Source: Vulcanimicrobiota bacterium
Lineage (GTDB): Bacteria > Vulcanimicrobiota > Xenobia > Xenobiales > JADMJV01
Length of the DNA: 64,000 nt
Assembly: GCA_050250895.1 (NCBI GenBank)
Contig: JBFWNU010000001.1
Location: 616,008 to 680,007 of the forward strand
Reading direction: 5' to 3'
Shown here: positions 39,124 through 47,207 of the stretch, piece by piece
How the letters are laid out: every line of letters starts with the position of its first letter
Position numbering within the stretch: position 1 is the stretch's first letter
Made by a program: the position numbers and the translations under genes
The notes under the pieces: generated by a model
The model's database searches: none
Told to the model about the DNA's origin: nothing
What the model saw: the letters and a program-made list of their open reading frames with translations, nothing else

Positions 39124-39721
39124 GCCAGCGCAAGGGATAGGCAGTCAGGGTGTAGCCCAGAAAAGCCCCGGTCACCCCCTGGACCGGGTGATGACGTTTG
39201 CGAGCAGCCCGGGCCCAGATCAGCGGCAGCTGCAGCAAGATCCACCACGAACTCCAGCCCATCAACTGAATGCCCCCCGCCAGGCAAACGCCGAGCGAAC
39301 CGGTGTGGACACTGATTTTCCAGTGGCGGGAGATCTTGGCGAAGAGGATCGAGTTCATGAACACCACGCCCACGAGATGGGTTAAAGCCGATGGGGCCCC
39401 CAGCACCATCAGCGCCAGAGTAAGACTGCCCAAACCTACAACCCCGGCCAGGAAGGGGCCGTCGCGCTGCTCGAGCAGGCTGACATGGATGTCGGTAATC
39501 AATCCATGACGCACGTGCCAACCGATGTAGAGAAACGGCACACCGGTCGATAGAGCCACGCACAGGAGGTACCAACCGAAGAAGGCGGACCAGGTCTCGG
39601 TTACCGACCCGACCAGAAAAGCGGTGAAGATGGGCACTACCACAAATGGGCTCAAGGCCCCCGACAGCAACAGGGCCAACTTGTCGCTCAAAGTCGACTC
39701 AGGAGTCAGACCAAATCTCAC
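39116..39721 (-). CDS. Membrane protein, PAP2-like
   Basis: About 6 TM helices; R..PF, WKISVH, WAR....HH..Q...G motifs. Confidence 0.7.
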   Translation of the reverse strand: MRFGLTPESTLSDKLALLLSGALSPFVVVPIFTAFLVGSVTETWSAFFGWYLLCVALSTGVPFLYIGWHVRHGLITDIHVSLLEQRDGPFLAGVVGLGSLTLALMVLGAPSALTHLVGVVFMNSILFAKISRHWKISVHTGSLGVCLAGGIQLMGWSSWWILLQLPLIWARAARKRHHPVQGVTGAFLGYTLTAYPLRWLS

Positions 39722-40320
39722 CTTGACTCCTTTGGCAAGAATGCTTCGAGGGCCTTTCGCTCAAGCACCTCAACTCGCCCCCTCGAGAGCTTGAGCCAAC
39801 CAGCCCGATTCATCGCTCCCAGGGCCTTGGTCACACTCTCTCGGGTGGCGGCCACCTGGGCGGCCATCTCTTGATGAGTCAGCGCCAGAGGGTTCTCCGA
39901 GACGCTCCTGTCCAACAGCAAACGCGCCACCCGGTGCTTCACGCTTTCAAAGCCGAGCTGGGCTATCTGACGGGACAGGCGCCGCACCCGCTGGTTTTGA
40001 CGAAGCAACAGATCCTCTAGCAGAGCTGGTTGACCGCGGGCGATGCGTCGAAACTCTTCGGCGGCCAGACGGCGAACCGAACAGTCGGTTCTGGCCCTGA
40101 CCGTCGCCGAGTGAGGTCCCTCGTCAAAACTCGACATCTCGCCCAAAAGAGCGCCGGGCCCGACCGTCTTGAACACCACGACCTCACCGTCCGGGCTCTC
40201 TTCAAGCACCTCCAATTCGCCCTCCACCACAATCACGACCCCGCAGCAGGGGTCTTCTTGGTACCAAAGATAGGTCCCCGCCTCGATGTAAGCGGGATGA
40301 CCCATTTCTAGCCACTGCAA
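39718..40320 (-). CDS. Crp/Fnr family regulator
   Basis: GEMSSFD..PHSATV; LTHQEMAAQVAATRESVTKAL HTH. Confidence 0.9.
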   Translation of the reverse strand: MQWLEMGHPAYIEAGTYLWYQEDPCCGVVIVVEGELEVLEESPDGEVVVFKTVGPGALLGEMSSFDEGPHSATVRARTDCSVRRLAAEEFRRIARGQPALLEDLLLRQNQRVRRLSRQIAQLGFESVKHRVARLLLDRSVSENPLALTHQEMAAQVAATRESVTKALGAMNRAGWLKLSRGRVEVLERKALEAFLPKESR

Positions 40321-41210
40321 GGGTATCGCTCCTCCAATTCACGCCGCTGGATGGGGCTGAGATAACGAGCTGCGAAGCCGTCGCGACTAATACCCACCTC
40401 ACCTTGCATCACCCTGGAGGCGACCGCCGCCATGGCGTCACGATAGGCCAGGTTGGGCCAGTCAGGATAGCGCGGCCCTAACAGGGCGGGCAGGCCGGTG
40501 GCGATGGTTCGGCTGCCATTTTGGCTGCCGTCACCTTCGATATAGTGGTCCAGCACGGTCGCTTGGGCCACCCTATCGATGGCCTCAAAGAATCGCTCGG
40601 GAGCCTCCAGCGGCAACAGTGGCGAGACCGTCACCACTACCCTGAGCCCGCAGTCCCGCAACTGGCCGGCCGCCTCGAATCGAGCCGCCACCGGGCTGGC
40701 GTGAGCAGGCAGCCCTTCAAAGCGCTCGCGGTCGGTTTCGATACTCAGATGCACCCGCAACTGGCAACGTTGGGCCAGGCGAGCCAGCAGCTCGGCCTGC
40801 TCGGCCACGGCGGCCGAGTGGGTCTGCACCACCAGGGCGTCCGGAGGTTCGTCGAGCATAGCCTCGAGAACGCTCCGAGTAACGCCAAACTGGCGTTCTT
40901 GAGGTAGGAAAGGCTCGGTCGAGGAGGCCATGAAGATGGAAAAATCTCGACCCTGACGGCGGGCCCAGCGTCGCTCGGCCGGGGCCCGCTCAAGATACGA
41001 TTCGGCGGCGTTAAGACGAGCTTCCAGAAAGCTACCCCAGGGCTCGCCGCGAGTCAAGAAACGGTTGTGCGCCACATAGCAGCTCTGGCCGCACAGACTC
41101 TTGCCGAAAGAACAACCGCGATAGGGCTGGAGTGAATGCGAGGTCACCTCGCTGAGGTAACCGCTGGTACGGGTGAGAATCCGCGCCACACGGCCCTGGG
41201 CAACCCTCAT
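40308..41210 (-). CDS. Radical SAM protein, spore-photoproduct-lyase-like family
   Basis: SLQPYRGCSFGKSLCGQSCY, IFMASSTEPFLPQE, TRSVLE, SIETD, VSPLLP. Confidence 0.8.
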   Translation of the reverse strand: MRVAQGRVARILTRTSGYLSEVTSHSLQPYRGCSFGKSLCGQSCYVAHNRFLTRGEPWGSFLEARLNAAESYLERAPAERRWARRQGRDFSIFMASSTEPFLPQERQFGVTRSVLEAMLDEPPDALVVQTHSAAVAEQAELLARLAQRCQLRVHLSIETDRERFEGLPAHASPVAARFEAAGQLRDCGLRVVVTVSPLLPLEAPERFFEAIDRVAQATVLDHYIEGDGSQNGSRTIATGLPALLGPRYPDWPNLAYRDAMAAVASRVMQGEVGISRDGFAARYLSPIQRRELEERYPCSG

Positions 41211-41304
41211 CTTTCCGCCGTTTCCAAGGAAATGGTTAGCTGATTCTGGAACACTATAGTACTCGGTTCCCTCCTTGATCAGAGGAACCTGCTTGAGGTT
41301 CGAA

Positions 41305-42459
41305 GTGGACTGGATTTCCCTTTTGTCACGCCGCCCCCGCCTCCAAGACTGCCTGGAGGAAGTCCTCTCTGTCTCGCCCCCCCGGGGCCGGCCAGATCTG
41401 GCCATCGTCTTTGCCACCTCGGCCTTTCGGGATGACTTTGCCCTGATCGGCCAGGTGCAAGACCGACTGGGAGCGCCGGTCATGATCGGCTGCTCGGCCG
41501 ACGGTGTCATCGGCGCCGGACTCGAAATCGAGGGTGGCCCGGCTCTGAGCTTGAACCTGGGCTGGTTGCCCGGTGCCGAAGTGCGTAGCTTCCGGGTGGC
41601 CGACGGCAGCAACCTTCCCGGTCCCGACGATCCCCCCGAAGCCTGGCAAGACATGATCGGATTCGACCGCTCCGCCTCTCAAATCTTGTTGGTCGACCCC
41701 TTCTCGGACTTCATCTCCCATCTCTTATCGGGCCTCGACTTTGCCTTTCCCCGGGCGGTTCGCATCGGCGGCCTGGCCAGTGGAGCCCGCCAACCCGACG
41801 AAGTGGCCCTCTTCCTTGACGGCGACATCTGTCGCAACGGGGCCATCGGAGTGTCTCTGTCGGGACTGTCCATCAACTCGCTGGTAGCCCAGGGTTGCCG
41901 CCCCGTGGGCGCGCCCATGGTGATCACCGGATGCCAGGATACCAACGTCTATGAACTCGACCATCGCCCCGCCCTGCAACTACTGGCCTCGACCGTCGCA
42001 GCCCTTTCGCCCGATGACCGACTTTTGGCTCGCCACTCTCTCTTCGTGGGCCTGGCTACCGAGAGCCTGAGTTCGATCACGCCCGAAGACTTCCTCATTC
42101 GCAACATTCTCGGGGTTCATGCGCCCAGCGAGAGCATCGGCATTGCCGCCCCGACCCGACGCGGACAGATCCTGCAATTCCATCTCCGCGATGCCCGGGC
42201 CTCGACCCTCGATCTCGAGCGCGCTTTCTCGGGGCTGCAGCCCGAGAGCCTCAGCCAGGCCCGAGGGGCGCTGCTCTTTTCCTGTCTTGGTCGCGGTCAA
42301 GGTCTGTACGGACTGGCCAACCACGAATCCAACCTCTTCACCAGAATCATGCCCGATGTCCCGCTGGGTGGCTTTTTCTGCAACGGCGAGATCGGCCAGA
42401 TCGGCGGCTCGACCTACGTCCACGGATACACTTCATGTTTCGGTATCTTGTCCAACTGA
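41305..42459 (+). CDS. FIST N/C domain signal-transduction protein
   Basis: IGCS..GVIG, LVDPF, GGLASG, QGCRPVG, FSCLGRG, GFFCNGEIG, HGYT. Confidence 0.9.
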   Translation: MDWISLLSRRPRLQDCLEEVLSVSPPRGRPDLAIVFATSAFRDDFALIGQVQDRLGAPVMIGCSADGVIGAGLEIEGGPALSLNLGWLPGAEVRSFRVADGSNLPGPDDPPEAWQDMIGFDRSASQILLVDPFSDFISHLLSGLDFAFPRAVRIGGLASGARQPDEVALFLDGDICRNGAIGVSLSGLSINSLVAQGCRPVGAPMVITGCQDTNVYELDHRPALQLLASTVAALSPDDRLLARHSLFVGLATESLSSITPEDFLIRNILGVHAPSESIGIAAPTRRGQILQFHLRDARASTLDLERAFSGLQPESLSQARGALLFSCLGRGQGLYGLANHESNLFTRIMPDVPLGGFFCNGEIGQIGGSTYVHGYTSCFGILSN

Positions 42460-43439
42460 GTCTGCTGGCCTTGTTGGCCTGCTCGTCCCCACCCCATCCC
42501 ACGCCGTCAGCGGTGGCCACCACGCCCGTCAGGCCCGACCCTACTCCCCAGGCCACCCTGGCCCCGCCCGGCTTGAAGGTCGAGGTTCAGGGACCAGGGC
42601 AGGTCCTGGTCGAGTATTCCGGGGGACGTCTGGTCCGCAGCCTGACGCCGCTCGACTTTCCCAATCCACCCGCCACCGAACTCGAAGGCCCCAGCCCCTA
42701 TCTCGACCGGGAGGTCGCCTCGGGGGTGACCTATCAATATTCGCTCATCGACGGCGACCGGGTGCTCGAGAGTAGTCAGGTCCAGGTCCCGGCCACGTCC
42801 CTTCCGGCCTTGACCCACCCCCGGCTGGTGGTCGACAAAATCCACTACACGCTCTCGGTCTTCGACGGTCCCCAGCGGGTCAAACGCTATCCCTTCGTCA
42901 TGGGCGGAAAACCCCGCCAGCGCAAGCTCTGTCGCGACAATGCCTCCACGCCCGAGGGCATCTACACCATCTACAATCTGCAGCCTCAGGCCACCTTCTA
43001 TCGGGCCTACGACATCGACTATCCCAACCGGATCGACCACTTCCGTTACGGCTTTGCTCGGCGACACCTCGGCCTGGACGACCCCGGCATCGGTGGCGAG
43101 ATCCAGATCCACGGCTGTGGCCTCAACGGCAACTGGACGGCCGGCTGTATGGCCCTGCGCAACGCCGATATGGACGAGTTGTTCGCTCAGCCAGCTCTGG
43201 CCGCCGGCACCAGAGTCTGGATTACAGGCCACGAACTATCGCTGGCCGATCTCGAGGGCCTTTCCCAGGAGCAAAATCCCCAGCTGGTGCGCCAGCTGCA
43301 GAAAAAACTCGGACTCGAGCCCGACGGCCAGATGGGCCGGGCCACCCGCGAGGCCCTGGGACTCTATCAAAAGAAAGAGGGCTGGCCGGTCACGTGTCAG
43401 CTCGACCGCCGCAGCGCCGAGCGCTTGCTCAACCCCTAG
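42435..43439 (+). CDS. L,D-transpeptidase (YkuD) lipoprotein with C-terminal PG-binding domain
   Basis: Lipobox LLAC; VDK, TPEG.Y, IQIHG...WTAGC, LQKKLGLEPDGQMG. Confidence 0.85.
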   Translation: MFRYLVQLSLLALLACSSPPHPTPSAVATTPVRPDPTPQATLAPPGLKVEVQGPGQVLVEYSGGRLVRSLTPLDFPNPPATELEGPSPYLDREVASGVTYQYSLIDGDRVLESSQVQVPATSLPALTHPRLVVDKIHYTLSVFDGPQRVKRYPFVMGGKPRQRKLCRDNASTPEGIYTIYNLQPQATFYRAYDIDYPNRIDHFRYGFARRHLGLDDPGIGGEIQIHGCGLNGNWTAGCMALRNADMDELFAQPALAAGTRVWITGHELSLADLEGLSQEQNPQLVRQLQKKLGLEPDGQMGRATREALGLYQKKEGWPVTCQLDRRSAERLLNP

Positions 43440-44686
43440 ACCGTAACGTCCCAGCGCACCAGCTCGTGGTCGCTGCCCCCACCCTCGACCCTGTGCCGTC
43501 CCGAGGCCTGACTGCCGTGGCTGGTGTAAATCCGGTCGATCGAGTTGTCCGCATCGGGGTCGCTCCATCCCAGCGAGTCGGCTGAAGGATAGTGATGAAC
43601 GGGATTGTCCGGCAGCAGACCGCGCCAGCGAAAGTCGAGGTACCTTCCACCCGCCTTCGAATTGAAGTCACCCGCCACGATCGTGTGGTCGCCATAACCT
43701 TCGACGATATCTCCCAGGGTTTGATACTGGGTCACCCGGGCCTGTTGGTCGGCTTCGTCGCCGCCCGAGGTGAAGTGCGTACTGACGAAAGTCGCCTCTT
43801 GCCCACCGGCCTCGAAGCCCACCGCCAGAGCGGTGCGGTTCTCGTTGTCGGGGTCGTTGGCGCCGAGGTCGTGGCGACGCAGGCTGCCGGGCTCGATCTC
43901 GCCCTGGGCGTCGCGGCGCAACTGCGCCTCGGGACCCAGCAGCACGGCGTTGCCATAGGTGCCTGCGCCCGAATGGGCCAGGGACGAGCCAAAGACCACG
44001 GTGTAGTCGGTCTGCGCCCCGTCTTTTTCGATTTCGGCCGAGTAGACGGTGATGGGAGTGTCATTGCTGTCGTCAAAGGCTCGCCGGCCATTCTCGAGAT
44101 AGGGTTGACCGTGCTCGTCGTAACTCTCTTTGCTAACCACCAGGCTGGCACCGTTACTCTCATAGACGACGTGATCCGCGCCCTGGGCGACCCGCTCCAC
44201 CACCTGCTGCTCGCGGTGGTCGCCGAAGTCGGCCTCATACTGGGTGCGGTCATAGCGGACCGGGTCGTAGACGCGGTGGCCCTGCTCATCGACCACGGGT
44301 TGGCCGTGCTCGTCGAGACTGAACTTATCCACCGACTCAGCTTCGCTCCAGTTTGGCCCACTCTCGGCCCGAAAGACGTCCTTGAGGACCTCTTCATTGT
44401 AGTCCTGGCGGCCCGTGCGTTCCGCCCCCACGTCGACCTCTTGAAAAGCCACGACATCGAGACCCCCGCCGGTCACCTGCTCGGACACCTGCCGGGTAGT
44501 CTCGTCAAAGTGTTGGCGAGCCCCGGCGTTGCCGGCGCCCAGGTTGTAGGTGCCCACCTGGAGCCGGGCCGGCGGCGAGACCTCGGCCCGGTCGGCCGCA
44601 ACGGCTGCAGCGGGCCCCGGCGCCGGCTTGGGGTGTTTAGCCAGTCTGGTTTCGGCCCGGACCGGGCCAGCCTCTCGAATCAACAC
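43436..44686 (-). CDS. Endonuclease/exonuclease/phosphatase family protein with large insertion
   Basis: TYN, FQEVD, YGNAVL, STHF, AGDFN, IDRIY, SDH. Confidence 0.85.
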   Translation of the reverse strand: MLIREAGPVRAETRLAKHPKPAPGPAAAVAADRAEVSPPARLQVGTYNLGAGNAGARQHFDETTRQVSEQVTGGGLDVVAFQEVDVGAERTGRQDYNEEVLKDVFRAESGPNWSEAESVDKFSLDEHGQPVVDEQGHRVYDPVRYDRTQYEADFGDHREQQVVERVAQGADHVVYESNGASLVVSKESYDEHGQPYLENGRRAFDDSNDTPITVYSAEIEKDGAQTDYTVVFGSSLAHSGAGTYGNAVLLGPEAQLRRDAQGEIEPGSLRRHDLGANDPDNENRTALAVGFEAGGQEATFVSTHFTSGGDEADQQARVTQYQTLGDIVEGYGDHTIVAGDFNSKAGGRYLDFRWRGLLPDNPVHHYPSADSLGWSDPDADNSIDRIYTSHGSQASGRHRVEGGGSDHELVRWDVTV

Positions 44687-44857
44687 GCTTGCATTCTAAA
44701 GGCTCTGACCTGCCCAACGGCTGCCCAGATGGTGTCGACGTGAACAGCTCATTGCCGAAGCGTTAACTGGGGCGGGAAGAAGAGTGGGCGAGGGCGAAGG
44801 AATAAGATGTACGACTTGACGACGGGACTAGCCAAGTGATTCACAGGGGAGGTAGTT

Positions 44858-45886
44858 TTGAAGGTCTGCCTGGTTCTCACCCACCAATGCAATCTCGGTT
44901 GTAGCTACTGTTACGCGGGCGAAAAGTTCAAACGCACGATGAGCTACGAGTCGGGCCTCAAGAGTCTCGCTCTGGCTTTCTCGAAGGAAGGGCCTGTCGA
45001 AGTCTCGTTTTTTGGCGGCGAACCGATGATCGCCTTCGCTCAGATGGCCGCCCTCACCCGGGTGGCCCGCCGCTGGGCCGACCGCGCCGGTCGCCAACTG
45101 CGCTTCGCGGTCACCACCAATGCCACGATCCTCAACGAAAAGCACCTCAATTTCTTGCGCGACTACAACTTCTTTGTCGGCATTTCGGTGGACGGCGTCG
45201 AGGAAGAGCATGATCGCCATCGCCCCTTCGTGGGGGGACGAGGCTCCGGCGACCTGGTCTGGCGCAATCTCGAACGGGCCGCCCACTATCTCGACGATTT
45301 TCGGGTCTTGATGGTGGTCCGCCCCGACACCGTGGCCCGCCTGCCCGAAGCCATCGAGCGAATGTACCGCCTGGGCGTCTCGAAGGTTTCGCTCTTGCCC
45401 GAAACCGAAGCCGATTGGAGCGAGTCGCGCCATCTTCTCTCGGACGTCTACCAGCAACTGGCCCGTGTCTGCTACTTCTCGATGATGACCGACGAGCCCA
45501 TGTATATCAGCCCCTTCGCCGAACTGCATCCTCACCTTCGCAGCAACGGCAACGGCGGCGGTCGTGGTGGCTGCAACTTCGGCCGCGACGAGGTGGCCGT
45601 CTCGCCCGCCGGCAACTTCTACCCCTGCGCCCGTCTGGTCGGCCCCGATACTCGCCCCGAGGTGCGCATCGGCAATCTGGAGAACGGCTTTGACCTGGCC
45701 CGCATCGAAGAGCTCAACAGCTGTTCTGAGGCCAGCCTCTCCAAGTGCGGCAGCGGAGGCTGCAAGTGCCTGGCCCTGATGCCGGGCGATGTCGACTATC
45801 AGCTGGTCAACGTCAAGATGTTCACGGACGTCACCGGTGAGGCGTGCCGCGCCGCCGCAGCCTGCCTCGAAGAGGTGGCCGCGTGA
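44858..45886 (+). CDS. Radical SAM protein with SPASM/twitch-like C-terminal domain (putative peptide/protein maturase)
   Basis: CNLGCSYC, FFGGEP, TTNAT, ISVDG, GC..G...YPC, IGNL, CGSGGCKC; GGAGGT RBS. Confidence 0.9.
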   Translation: MKVCLVLTHQCNLGCSYCYAGEKFKRTMSYESGLKSLALAFSKEGPVEVSFFGGEPMIAFAQMAALTRVARRWADRAGRQLRFAVTTNATILNEKHLNFLRDYNFFVGISVDGVEEEHDRHRPFVGGRGSGDLVWRNLERAAHYLDDFRVLMVVRPDTVARLPEAIERMYRLGVSKVSLLPETEADWSESRHLLSDVYQQLARVCYFSMMTDEPMYISPFAELHPHLRSNGNGGGRGGCNFGRDEVAVSPAGNFYPCARLVGPDTRPEVRIGNLENGFDLARIEELNSCSEASLSKCGSGGCKCLALMPGDVDYQLVNVKMFTDVTGEACRAAAACLEEVAA

Positions 45887-46209
45887 GCGAAGACAAAATC
45901 AAAAGGCGCCGCTTCCTGGCTGACGTGCTATTCGCTGGCGGCGGGCTGACCGCGGCTGCTTTCCTGGCCAAGGCCGGCTTTGACCGCGACCAACCCGACC
46001 AACTGCCCGGAGCGGTGGCCGTGCCCAACGACGGCCAAACGCCGACCTGCGAAGAGACCCCGAGCTGTGCGCCCACCCCCGACGATCCCAGCCTGGGCGG
46101 CGAACCGATGCCCCCCGAGCCCCCCATGCCCGGCCAAATGGCCCTGCCCCAGCAACCGCCCGAGGTCATCCCCGATGGTGACGTAGCCGCCCCCAGGGAG
46201 TGCAAATGA
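45883..46209 (+). CDS. Putative rSAM substrate 1 (twin-arginine leader plus G-centred repeats)
   Basis: GTGA overlap with rSAM; SEDKIKRRRFLADVLFAGGGLTAAAFLAKA; LPGAVAVP, LGGEPMPP, MPGQMALP, PDGDVAAP. Confidence 0.85.
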   Translation: MSEDKIKRRRFLADVLFAGGGLTAAAFLAKAGFDRDQPDQLPGAVAVPNDGQTPTCEETPSCAPTPDDPSLGGEPMPPEPPMPGQMALPQQPPEVIPDGDVAAPRECK

Positions 46210-46559
46210 GCGACGACAAGATCAAGAGACGCCGATTTCTAGCAGATGTGCTCTTCGCTGGCGGCGGACTGACGGCAGCGGCTTTTCTGGCCAAAGCCGG
46301 CCTGGACCGTCACGAGCCCAACCCCGGCGTAGCCGGCGACATGAAAATGCCCCAACCCGCCAACACTCCGGTGGCCTCGCCCACCTGCGAAGACCCCGAG
46401 ATCGAGGGCGACGTAGCCCTGCCCGAACCCGAGCAGACCCCCTGCGAAAAGCCGCCCCTCACGCCCCAAGACGAGCCCAACGTGGCCGGCGGCATGCGCC
46501 CGCCCCAACCCCCACCCGAGGCACTGCCCGGCCGAGTCGCCGTGCCCCGTGACCAATGA
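46206..46559 (+). CDS. Putative rSAM substrate 2
   Basis: ATGA overlap; same leader; VAGDMKMP, IEGDVALP, VAGGMRPP, LPGRVAVP. Confidence 0.85.
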   Translation: MSDDKIKRRRFLADVLFAGGGLTAAAFLAKAGLDRHEPNPGVAGDMKMPQPANTPVASPTCEDPEIEGDVALPEPEQTPCEKPPLTPQDEPNVAGGMRPPQPPPEALPGRVAVPRDQ

Positions 46560-46891
46560 TGAGCAAAGGCAAGACTCGGCGCCGACGCTTTCTCGCCGAT
46601 CTGCTCTTTGCCGGCGGGACACTCACTGCCGTGGCCTTTCTGGCCAAGGTCGGGGGGACCGTCGACCCACCCACCCCGGCGGGACTGGCCGCAAAGCCCG
46701 CCGCCTCGCCGTCCTTCCAAGAGTGCCCCGAGACTCCAGCCCTGGAGACGCGGGAACCCATCCCGGGCCCCGGAGACCAGGGCACCATCAAAGTTGGCGG
46801 CATGGTCAAGCTGCCGCGCCAAACTGGCAAGGAAGTTCTTCCTGCTAATATCACAAGCAAGCCGGTGACAAGAAGCTATGAGCGAAGATAA
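46556..46891 (+). CDS. Putative rSAM substrate 3 (divergent)
   Basis: ATGA overlap; KTRRRRFLADLLFAGGTLTAVAFLAKV; ECPETP, VGGMVKLP. Confidence 0.8.
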   Translation: MMSKGKTRRRRFLADLLFAGGTLTAVAFLAKVGGTVDPPTPAGLAAKPAASPSFQECPETPALETREPIPGPGDQGTIKVGGMVKLPRQTGKEVLPANITSKPVTRSYERR

Positions 46892-47207
46892 GATCAAAAG
46901 GCGCAGATTTCTGGCCGACGTGCTGTTCGCGGGCGGTGGCCTGACGGCCGCAGCCTTTCTGGCCAAAGCCCAGTTCGGCCAACCCGACCCGCCCCTCGTC
47001 AAGCCATCGCCGCGGGAAACCCCCACTTGCGCCCACCCCCCCGAGCCAGACCTCCGGGTCAAAGGCGAGGTGGCGCCACCCCAACCAGCACCGCCAACCC
47101 AGCCCGAGCCGGCTGTGCCCGGCAAAATGAAAGCCCCCAACCCCAGGCCGATCGAGCTTCAGCTCGAGGGCGAGGTAGAGATGCCTGAACCGAGGGAGTG
47201 CAAATGA
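46878..47207 (+). CDS. Putative rSAM substrate 4
   Basis: Same leader; VKGEVAPP, VPGKMKAP, LEGEVEMP; ends PRECK. Confidence 0.85.
   Translation: MSEDKIKRRRFLADVLFAGGGLTAAAFLAKAQFGQPDPPLVKPSPRETPTCAHPPEPDLRVKGEVAPPQPAPPTQPEPAVPGKMKAPNPRPIELQLEGEVEMPEPRECK

Noticed and set aside
41211-41654. Extended start of the SPL-like rSAM (similarly 53577-55289, 32431-33669, 29379-30452, 48000-49136)
   Set aside because: Extensions run into neighbouring genes; family motifs begin at the downstream starts
44858-45886. Anaerobic sulfatase maturase assignment
   Set aside because: No sulfatase in the window and the coupled small proteins lack (C/S)xPxR
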